From Balanoglossus misakiensis (taxonomy: Eukaryota > Animalia > Hemichordata), in assembly GCA_040954595.2 (NCBI GenBank), contig CM082581.2, forward strand, positions 10,849,099-10,913,098: 64,000 nucleotides of DNA. Reading direction: 5' to 3'. The first letter of the stretch is position 1, and every line of letters begins with the position of its first letter. A program made the position numbers and the translations under genes. Shown here in pieces: positions 1 to 17,978 of the stretch. The notes beneath the pieces are model-generated. The model did no database searches. It saw only the letters and a program-made list of their open reading frames with translations, and had not been told where the DNA came from.

Positions 1-171
1 CTTGATGCTGGAAAAAGACAATTTAGATGGAATCGAAGATAAATGTTCAAATTCCGCCAGCGAATGCAGCCATTAGGTCTGCTAATACATGTACACTGAA
101 CCATCCCCGAGGCCCCACAACCAAATCTACCCTCCGACTCTGATACCAACCACACAGGCTGAACAACTCAC

Positions 172-1232
172 CTCATAAGGTGGCAACGACAATTCTTCAC
201 ACAATTTCATCAAATCTTCCACACACGATTCCACACTTCTCAGCAGTTTCTGGCGCAAACCCTCTTCTTCCGACACCATTTCATCCAGGAGAGCTCGCAG
301 GTGGTGCATCACTACTTCCTGTCTTTCAACCCTCTGACTTTCACCAATGCCAATTTCGTCCCATATGGAATGTAACCTTTCCAAGGCTTGGATCAAGTGG
401 GACCCAATCTCTTCCTTGATCATTTCCCTGCGATGAAAAAGTAAAAAAAAAAAAAACCTGAATTATTTTAATTGCTCACCCACATAAAATTCTGTCATTC
501 ATGTAATAATCATTTCATGTTCTGTCTCTGGAAATGTGTTGACTGTCTTGGAGCCAGTCTATTCACATGTTAATAACCAAACAAAACACTGGGCATAAAA
601 CAAAAGAATAGGCAGGGATTGTGGGACTGTCTGCCTATGTATTTACACAGGAAGACTGTGTATTGTTGACAACTGTTAATTTATGCAAGTGCCTAGAAAT
701 GTGTGAATGTCATGGAGAAGGACGATTGTTATGAAGTTTGAGTTCTTTTCCTTAGTTACCAATCCTTCTTTCCAAGATTCATGGCAATATGATAGCTGCT
801 GGTAGCACCGGGTTTCATTTGAACCCAAGCTTTGATAAATGCTATTTTCCAAAAGCATCATCATTGTATCCTTAGATCACCTCACCGTGTCATTTGGAAA
901 GGGCGTCAGTTCCGTTGCGTCGAAATTACTGCTTCCGGTTGGCAGGGGATGATCGATGTCGTTTTGATTTCGGAGACAGTTCTGAAGTGCGAAATTCCAT
1001 GATCACGGACATGGATTTCTCCCAACTGATTGCAGTAATCTTATCAACATAATGACACACCAATGACCAAAATACAAGCTAAACCCTGAACCCGTCACAG
1101 ATCGTTCGCAATGACCAAATTGATATGTACATGTACACACATCTGATGAACATTGCACATACCTTACTACTGTACTCATTCATAAAATGACACAAAATTG
1201 ATCAGAAATGGCACTCACCGTTTGTTCTCCAT
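172..1232 (-). CDS. PRC1: Protein regulator of cytokinesis 1 (MAP65/Ase1/PRC1 family), first two coding exons; the gene continues beyond the left edge of the window
   Basis: Exon 1 is 1219-1232 (ATG GAG AAC AAA CG|gtgagt) and exon 2 is 172-427 (cag|G GAA ATG...GAG|gtgag). Joined they give MENKREMIKEEIGSHLIQALERLHSIWDEIGIGESQRVERQEVVMHHLRALLDEMVSEEEGLRQKLL, which matches the PRC1 N-terminus (L-x-x-IW-x-x-IGI...EEE-x-L). Confidence 0.9.
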
Positions 1233-1336
1233 TATCATTTAACCTAAATGAAGAATTTGACGAGTGAAAACTCTTGGGCGTGGCATAAAATTCTCTGTTT
1301 TGCTTCTCATATGCTCGGAACAGTTCCTGAGCTGGT

Positions 1337-1382
1337 TTTGAAAATCGTACCAAAATACCGTTCTGTGATTGGTCTATTCAAA
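1337..1382. promoter_or_regulatory. Candidate PRC1 G2/M promoter elements (CHR TTTGAA on both strands plus a CCAAT box)
   Basis: TTTGAA at 1337-1342, ATTGG at 1368-1372 and TTCAAA at 1377-1382, 100-150 bp upstream of the PRC1 ATG. CHR plus CCAAT is the known DREAM/MuvB architecture of G2/M genes. The motifs are short and could occur by chance. Confidence 0.4.
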
Positions 1383-1827
1383 CTTCCTTTGTACCCATCA
1401 TGCATCGCGAAAGAAGGTGAACGAGAATGTTTCTGTGAATCTGTTTGAGGGCGCAAATCTCTTTGATCATTGGTAGCTTTTACACGTGGTGGTAGGTTCC
1501 TTGTGACAAAACTTCCGAACTACCACCTGTGGTTCTCGTTTTTTTTTTCAAGAAGCATGGTACAGTCTCTAACTTGACGTGTCAGCATGATTTGTTAGTA
1601 CATGACTTTGTTAAAAGTAAATGACGCATGCAGCCTCACACCGAAAAATATGTTTCACAAGCGCGTGTAATTTTTTGCTTATTTTTAAGTTTATTTTTAA
1701 GTCATGACGCCACCGTATGTATATATTGAACTTTTGAACCTATACCAGTTATACAACTGTTCTTCCATTGGTTGTTTTGGTCAACGTTGCGGGGCAAGGG
1801 TTACTTTTAAATGATAACAACGCGGTA

Positions 1828-1850
1828 TTTCCCGAAGGTTCTGGTATAAC
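1828..1850 (+). promoter_or_regulatory. Heat-shock element (three alternating nGAAn units) followed by a TATA-like sequence
   Basis: tTTCc-cGAAg-gTTCt at 1828-1842, then TATAAC at 1845-1850, about 180 bp upstream of the sHSP ATG. Confidence 0.7.
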
Positions 1851-2023
1851 TGCCCTTACAGATAAGTGTGGGTTTCGCATCCTACTGCCACATCACACCA
1901 GGCAATCCATCGAACTACTAGCAGAAAGGCGAACTCCGATACAATTTGGACTTTTTCAACTCAAAAGTCGTCTTTACAAAAACGATAAGTTGACTGCGAC
2001 TATACCAAAACCCTTTCGACACG

Positions 2024-2620
2024 ATGGCAAGTGTTATCCCAATCGTTTCACCGCACGACCATCACCTGTCTCCGACACATGGCAAATTTCCCCGTCTGTC
2101 GTACAGGTGTTCGGATCGACAAAGCAGCTGGAATGGAATCATAGAAGAGGCAAGCCACCAACAGCATCACGGCGGTCCATCTGGTGACTCGGCCGACACC
2201 TGGTCAGATTGGCCAGCACCAATTGCCAGTGATAATTTGAAAACCAGACACGTTGATCTCGACGTAGGCCAACTCGCCGCGGGTCAGAAACTCTCAAACG
2301 CCAAAATGACGCCAACAGATCGGGAACAGCTTCCCGCACCTGATAAGTTCCGGTTGGCCCTATCACTGGGTAATAACGCTAACATCGACGGGGTTCGACT
2401 ACAGGTTGACGGCGATATCATGGCCGTGAGCGGGCAGGTCATCGACGAGGCGGACCGGGATGGCGTCCATACCCTCAAAAGAAGGATGTTCAAACACCGC
2501 TTCAGACTGATCGAAAATGTCGACGTTGATGAACTAAAAACAGAGTTCAGTGACAACGGGGTTCTGGTTATAGAGGCTCCGCTGTTGAGGCTGGACTCGT
2601 CAAAGTTGAAGACCAGGTGA
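2024..2620 (+). CDS. Small heat-shock protein (alpha-crystallin/HSP20 domain), intronless, 198 aa
   Basis: C-terminal alpha-crystallin domain DKFRLAL...MAVSG...RMFKHRFRL-x-x-NVD...FSDNGVLVIEAP, with an HSE upstream. Confidence 0.85.
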   Translation: MASVIPIVSPHDHHLSPTHGKFPRLSYRCSDRQSSWNGIIEEASHQQHHGGPSGDSADTWSDWPAPIASDNLKTRHVDLDVGQLAAGQKLSNAKMTPTDREQLPAPDKFRLALSLGNNANIDGVRLQVDGDIMAVSGQVIDEADRDGVHTLKRRMFKHRFRLIENVDVDELKTEFSDNGVLVIEAPLLRLDSSKLKTR

Positions 2621-3918
2621 CTCTAGAAATGATGCTTAAAAGTCAGAATCATGGACCAGGTGGCCTGTGAGATGTGACGCGAAAAAGTACTTTGAAAAAC
2701 TATTATCACCAGAATCATGGACCGAAAGTCCGTCACAGATGATTTTTCAGAGACAGAACAGAAATCCTACTACTAAAACAGGTTTAGAAAACATGTAAAC
2801 CTCTATTTATTTTTCTTTTACGATTGGTAAATATTATGACGTATAGATGTATATTTGACACCACACCGTGTATGTGCTGTGAGCATTTAAATTTGTAATG
2901 AAGCAACTGATTTACATTTTGTATAAATTAAAATAGTTTTTGTTTTATACCCAGTTGTCTTTTCGTGTTTTCTCGTCGGCAAAATGAAGGATATCAATAA
3001 CAACATTAAGTTGTTGTTATACATGGTCCTTCACCTGAGTCAGAGGTCACTTACGTCCTGTTTGCGTCACAAAAAGGCCGACGTAGGCGTGGTGGAAAAA
3101 ATGCGTCATGTGTCTGACGCAGCAAAGTTCGAAACAACCTTCAAAGTTCAATTGAGGTCACTTGGTAGTGTAAATTTAATATAACAGGTCCGGATTCCTT
3201 ACCCAGTCTACAGCGCCACACAGCGCAAACCCGACAAATCTTTTCTTGATAATTTAAACCACTGCCTTTTTGTGAACTTGGTAAGTATAATAAAAACAAA
3301 AGTAAATTGTTAGTTTTCATAAGGTGGCGCATGATGGCTTGGTCATAGAGAGGTACGAAGCATGTGAAAGTGTAGTTTTGCAGTCTTTATTGAGAGGAAG
3401 CAAACAAGAGTTATATCTAAAAACGATAAGAGTGACTATGACTCTGCAAAGCAAAAAATACAAAGACAAGACAGGCTGGACGTCCCGCATAAAAAAATCC
3501 TTGTGACTGGGCGTGCGTGCGTAAACTATACATCTCTAACTTAAATTTAAACTTGTCAATGAATCGGTTCAACCATTGAAAACTTGGCGTCTTGAGAATA
3601 AACCATGTGAAATTATGTTGCTTTCAGTTGTATTTTGTAACTTGAGGAAAATTCTTTCGTACCACACAAATGCAAACATGTATAAATCATATCACAAAAC
3701 TTAAAGATTTGATGAAGGTAGAGATAACACCACGTAAAGTACATGTTCTGAAGAAGATAGATTAATTTACATATGTAAATGATGCTAAAGTTTATCAGAT
3801 TCAATTAATGTTTACAGCTGATAGTGAAACCCAGCTCACACTCATTGATCCCCGATATTATCAATAATTTAGGACGGAATTGAATTTCTATACAAGCTCT
3901 CCGTCAATTTCAAGCTCT

Positions 3919-5254
3919 TCAGTTTGCATAAACAGGTCGTAACCTCTGGGTGGATGGGACGTACTTGTCTCCTTGGCGACGGAGCAGAGCGCGGATGATT
4001 TCATAAACGACTCTTGCATCTTTCAAAGCGCGGTGCTCACTCGGCGCGGCATCCAATCCGAGACCGCCGGCCATCTCGGACAACTTCGGGTACTTACGAC
4101 CGTAGATTCGCTTGAATGACTTGTATGCAGTCTTCAATTCGACGTATTGACGAGCGAATCTGGGGAAAGTCATCTCTGAGACATTCGTGAACTGGATATG
4201 TAAGTATTTATCACAGTCAAATGGCCTGTAGAATAAAGAAGTAAAGAAAATTAGTCAGAGGGGGTCTGTCTTCTTTCTAAAAGCCGTGTCTCTATGGTAA
4301 CAAAGTCACTCTGAACTGAAGCGCCAATTTTCAAGAACAAGAACGATCAAATCGCCCGAACTTTTTTTGGTGGAAGTAAGTTTCCCGGATCTGTGACATT
4401 ATTCAATATTCCAGTGATATTGCTAAAATACTTTTCTCTCACTCACCCGTCAGTGACAAGTTGAAAATTCGGCGTCGGTGACGTTGGTTTCAGATCTTTG
4501 GATTTCATCCAATCGAGGAAGCGCTCCCACACGACAGAGAATTCGTCAGCTTTGTCGACGGTTTCCTGGAAGAAGTAATTACCGTAAATCGAAAGGAAAG
4601 ATGTTAGCACAAATTGATTATTCGTTTAAAAATGTATCATGAAGTAGGAAATGTCGGCTTTAAACAATTCATCAAATTGCACCCGCTTTTTAACGTTAAA
4701 TTTAACTATTTCTTGAAAGTGCGTGTATACGTATGATAGCAAAGTAAATGCGCCCCGTCCAATAATTAAATAAACGCGCTTTTGTAACACTCCTGTCATT
4801 TTTAGCAAAAAATAATTCCACACCTGTTTTATTTTGGTTAATTCGAGGCAGAATGCCTCCAATTTAGGATGTTTCACCGGACGAACGTATGACTGGAATT
4901 CACCCTTCTGAAATAAAATAAAACATGAATTCGGAGAAAAGTATTTTAGTATGCTGAATTAGAATACAGAACGAACTGAAAAATTCGGATGGAAAGTCAG
5001 TTAATTTCCCATTTCCAGACAAGTACATAATATAATCACGACATAACATCAAAACTTGGAAAAACACACGTGCACAGAGAGTAGGTGTAAATTATGTAAC
5101 AACCAACCTTTTCAAGGGTTTTTGCATCGAGAAGAACAGCCCCGATGTCGATGATTTCTGGCTTGAAGCCTGCAGGTACGCGGTTTGCCGGGCATTCGCG
5201 GTCAATGCAGGTGGCTTCAAGATCGATACACAAATAATATTCCGGTCGTGGCAT
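3919..5254 (-). CDS. ERI1/ERI3/Snipper-family DEDDh 3'-5' exoribonuclease, 4 exons, 218 aa
   Basis: Exons 5108-5254, 4824-4907, 4447-4565 and 3919-4225 all have GT-AG junctions and total 657 nt in frame. Motifs: YLCIDLEATC, EIIDIGAV, FQSYVRP-x-x-HP-x-L-x-x-FC-x-x-LT-x-I-x-Q, VTDGPFD and HRALKDA. Confidence 0.88.
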
Positions 5255-7875
5255 CGTTCAAGTGGTTGACAAGGAACACGTTGAGGATGGAGGTATATTT
5301 TGATGCGACCGATATGATCTCCGTCTGACGCGCCAGTGAGCTAACCGTGAAATTAAAATAGTATATATTCGCACCTGGCATGACGATGACGGACTTGTTC
5401 TTTATAATGCAATTTCCCGGTATCGCAAAAGCGATGAAGAGGCAGCGCTTTGAACAATAGGCTATGCGATTCCCAGAATCTGTACTCTGCAGGGTTATTA
5501 GTGTTATAATAGTGTTCCGAATATTGCGCGGTTCATCAATGGTTTGCTGGAATATGTTTTATTTTCTACTGGTTGCGAGTAAAAATCGATACATTTTTCG
5601 CGTCATATATGAAAATATATCTTTCACTTTAGTGTCGGATAGTAGGCGTTTTCAACTTCTATCATGCACAGGTACTCTGGTCTGGTCATTGTTCATTACT
5701 GGCATGGGTGCTGTAATGACAAAAATAGTCACATGCTAATGAAACGAAAATGCAACAGATCGTGACCAGGCAGTTTCACTTTAATTTCCTGGTTAATGGG
5801 ACTTCGACTGATACACTAGAAATAATACTAGAGTACTTAGAACTTGAATTCCAATGATTGATAGAATTCTGTGTATTGTCAGTAATATCTCAATTGAAAT
5901 TACGTGACAGGTAATGCCATTCTGGCGCAGATGACGATATTTAAATTAGCTCCTGTCGTCTTGGCTTATCCACCTATTATGTGCAGCAACCATGAATGAT
6001 AAAAACATCAAAACTTCTATCGACATAAAACATAATTTATTACATAGCCATCTCTGTACATGATTCAGTGGCGTAGTACAATACTAAAAAACAAAACAAA
6101 ACACTTCAAAAACAGCACACAAAGTTAAGTAAGTATACACACAGCAGGTAAACAGAAAGAATGACTCTACGACAGCACACTGCACATATTCCAGTCGTGA
6201 GGTAAATCTATTAAAATTGATAATTATGAAATGGACGAAGAATGAAATATATACAATCAGAGTTTTGGGAAACTGAGAGTTCCTTGAGGTCAAGTACGCA
6301 TACTTCTCATTGAGTTGATATCTCAGGTTGAGCATTTACAACCACCACCTTACTTTCACTTTTGGTTTGATGAAAACTATTAAAACGCTCCTGGAACACA
6401 AACTTGGGAATTTCTAATTTTTATTAAAATGATGTTTAAAATCAGCCACTGAATGAATCGCATGTTAAAATTCATTATCAATTCTTGTGACTGTGCTTAA
6501 TCATGACTCAAGATTTAGGTGGGATCTTCAATATATTTATGGCCATTGCAAATTATGGAATTTTAAAAACACCTTCAGAGAAATATACCAGGGATGATTC
6601 CAAGTATATTATTTTGTTATTGTATGAAATTAGAAATAATTTTCAAGGAGCAACTCTTTTGACAATGCAGCAAAATTTCAGAAGAAAAATCACAGAAAAT
6701 GTCATGGATTGTCGATTTATTCATAATTTCATTATCATGGCATACTTGTCAATAAATTATCTTTTAACATATACAGTCAATACTTTCATATTTATTTTAT
6801 TTTCTTGTTTGAAATTACGGGTCATTGGCAATAAATATTGGACTTTTTTTTCACTAGGTTAATGCTTCAAAAGGCTTTAAAATTCACTCTCAGAACATCA
6901 TGGAAGGTTTGCAGAATTTTACACTCATATTGTTAAATGCAGTTGATCAATGAGAATTGAGAAAGCAAGCTGTAGCACAAAAATGAGAAAGAAGGTGAAA
7001 TGCCTCCATCATAAGGTAACTTTCACTTTGTCTGGACAAGGTTTGTAAATGATTTCACCTGCCATTAGGGCGAGACCATTGTTTTCTACAGTCACTTCTG
7101 TCTTTTGGTGTGAAGAGAGTAAACCTGACTGGCCTCTACACAGTACCAACAAAAAGTAAAAACATAACACTGTATTTACAACATAAATATATCTCTAACA
7201 ATAATGTATATACTGTCAATCTTCACAGTAAGTACAATATTTTAAAATAGTCTTCATATCCTGCATTTTCAACTATTTTCAATGGACTGTACTGACTGTT
7301 GAGTAAATTTTCTTAGATTATATATATCACTACGCCTGATGGAATTTGTACAAACTGTTACTAACACTATCTTCGTGAGTCACTCAGCCAACCTGCATAG
7401 TCAGTGATTGGTAAATTTTATACAACTCTCACAATCTGAATACTAGTACACCTGATGTAGCGACATAGAGTAGTTGTACAAATATCTAAATAACATCACC
7501 GACTGACTTCGCGAATGTACACATGTATTTGAACAGAGGCAAACTCACCAAGAATGCCACTAGTGGTTGCTTGGAATAACTTACAATGCTTGTCTCTCAT
7601 ACGAGGAGTGAGCTTTCAGTCAAGTACACTAAAACCATGTCCATTTCACTGGACATCAGTAGTTGTTTGATTTGATGGACAAACCGTCAACAAACGGGAA
7701 AAGAGATAATGCACACACAGGGGAGTATTTCAACACTGAGCTCGGTCTACGAGATGATACCAAAGACCTTAGAGGCCAATGTGTGTTGGACAGTTCACTA
7801 ATGGCAATGTGTACTACAACACGGTGCCTGACTCTCTGAGTTGTCACAAAAAAAAGAAAAGGGACGATGCCGCCT

Positions 7876-15822
<7,947 letters not shown>

Positions 15823-16164
15823 CTTTGATCTGTTCTTTTCACATATCTAAGTTCACGTGTGTTCTCGGAATATCTCGTTCTGACCTGAGATTGAACGTCG
15901 AACGCGCAAATTACTTTTCCCTTTATAACATCAACGCTTTGTTCTAAGTAATCACTACCAACAATTCATTATTTAAATATTAGAAAGTTACTGACACATA
16001 TGTTGTAATGAAAAAGTTCACATACAAATTGAATAAGGTGTCAAGTAGACTGGTGACCACGTGATCACATTTTGCATATTACAGTTCGCGGGAAATATGC
16101 ACAGAGAGCTTCACACAGCTGACCAAAGGTTGAAAAACAATTAACACATTCGAAGGAATGCAAA
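15823..16164. promoter_or_regulatory. Bidirectional promoter between tankyrase and GINS4
   Basis: The two start codons are 342 bp apart, head-to-head. An E2F site TTTCCCGC lies on the minus strand (TTCGCGGGAAA, 16085-16095), an E-box CACGTG at 16058-16063, and a YY1-like AAGATGGCC overlaps the tankyrase ATG. Confidence 0.7.
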
Positions 16165-17978
16165 ATGGCAGATGGGAACGAAATAGACGAATATGAGAGT
16201 GATGAGGAAGTTGAAATGACTGCGGCAGATGTTCTGGAAAAGCTGGAAGAGGTAATGTATGACCCTCTATTAATTAACTATGTTTAATATAAATACCCAT
16301 GAAACAAACATACATATACATACATACATACATACATACATACATACATACATACATACATACATACATACATACATACATACATACATACATACATACA
16401 TACATACATACATACATACATACATACATACATACATACATACATACATACAGACAGACAGACACACGTTAAATATACAAATACATACATATGTAAATGC
16501 ATATAAACTTAATAGACACATGCATACATAGTACATACAGACCATAGACCCTAGAGATAAGTGTGGCTATTTGGTTATGTGTAAACAATTGTTTTGCAGA
16601 CATGGTTGAATGAAAAGTTTGCCCCAAATTTACTGGAATCTAAGTCAGAACTGGTGGAATGTATGCTGGAACAGATGCAGCAAATGGAAGTAAATTTACA
16701 GAGGTGTAAAAAAGGAGATTTTAGGATTATTATACATCGCATGGAGGTGGGTATAAAACTGTGGAATCTGTTTTCTGAATGAAGTCATTGTGAAGAACAT
16801 GAGCAGATTCCAAATCTCTTCCAAATTGGATAAGAAAAGTGGAAGATTTGTTTGATTATTATAATTATAATTATTATTATTTCAGATTGACAGAATCAGA
16901 TACATAATTAGCAGCTATCTGAGGATACGACTTGAAAAGGTCAGTGTCAGCTTTGTTTAACCCTTTGACCACCATGGTTTGGTCCAAATCCATCGTTTTC
17001 TATGGTAAAGTTAGACCTCTATAAAGAGATTTACGAATAAAGTGGGTTAAGCCAAAATATAAGGCCACAGTAATTAACCACTTTGTCGTTGAACGTAATT
17101 TGTCAAAATACTGATACTATTACAGATCGAGAAATATGTTCATCGTATTTTAGAAGAGGAGTTCAACAGAGGAGATGGCACGGAGTCTAAACTCTCAAAC
17201 GAAGAATTTGTATTTGCCAAAGAGTAAGTGTAAAATGTTTTCCTTTATCCAAGCCATCCTTTCCACTTTATCCAGTAATTCAAAAGCCAGGCTGTCTTTT
17301 CCAGAGGAGTCCTCGTTGATTTTATGTTTTATGAAGCAGCTGCCATGATTTATGCGTTTTGTTGTCATTATCTTCTAGGTATGCCGAAAACTTGGAAGCT
17401 CATTTAAAAACTGTTGCTATGAAACACATGCCACCAAATCTGCAGAATTTAGATAAAGACAAAACAGGTCAGTCATGCACGCAAGAATATCACCGAAATG
17501 CATGGAAATGAATTGTAAACAAAATAAATGTAGACATTTCTCTTTTATATAGTGGTGTAGCGGATGATGTTTCTATTCCCAAAGGTATCCTTTAATACTC
17601 GCTGTACACAGATTTGGTATTTATCTGACCCGCTATTTTGCCTTTGATGTCTGCAGCACCAAGGCCAAACATAGACAGCTATATATTCTTCAAAGTGAAT
17701 GAAGACCAAGAAGGTGTTCTCGTGGAAGAAGAAACAGACGACCAGGAGTAAGTATTATTTCTGTTATGATTAGCGCCCACTATGACACACAAATCATTTT
17801 CTTTCTTTTTTAAATTTTAATCGGATAATATAAACAATGTTAACAAACTTAGGTTCTGTTGTCATTTTATTTTCTATTCAGAAATGAAGTAATTAACCTG
17901 GACAAGGGTGCCCAACACATCATGAGATACAGGCCGGTGGCAAGCCTGGTTCAGTCAGGAAAAGTATCACTCATCTAG
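16165..17978 (+). CDS. GINS4: DNA replication complex GINS subunit SLD5, 7 exons, 220 aa
   Basis: Exons 16165-16251, 16600-16746, 16886-16939, 17126-17223, 17379-17467, 17657-17747 and 17882-17978 total 663 nt in frame. Motifs: WLNEKFAP-x-LL, MEIDRIRYIISSYLR-x-RL-x-KIEK, HMPPNLQ, P-x-IDSYIF and G-x-QHIMRY...SG-x-V-x-LI*. Confidence 0.95.
16309..16463 (+). repeat. (TACA)n microsatellite ending in (GACA)n, in GINS4 intron 1
   Basis: More than 30 perfect TACA units are directly visible. Confidence 0.97.
16957..17050. mobile_element. Roughly 85-bp TTAA MITE, copy 2 (GINS4 intron 3)
   Basis: TTAA|CCCTTTGACCACCATGGTTTGGTCCAAATCCATCGTTTTCTATGG...GGG|TTAA, colinear with the copy at 10595-10687. Confidence 0.7.

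Noticed and set aside
1483-1532. Imperfect hairpin GGTGGTAG...CTACCACC in the PRC1/sHSP promoter
   Set aside because: The stem is only about 8 bp and is expected by chance.
1768-2187. 139-aa ORF overlapping the sHSP 5' end
   Set aside because: It has a non-ATG start, crosses the HSE/TATA promoter, and lies in an alternative frame of a real gene.
2644-2723. 14-bp direct repeat CAGAATCATGGACC in the sHSP 3' UTR
   Set aside because: Only two copies and no array structure; it is not CRISPR-like and is probably a local duplication.
16270-16545. ORFs with MYVC/HTYI repeats
   Set aside because: These are translations of the (TACA)n microsatellite.
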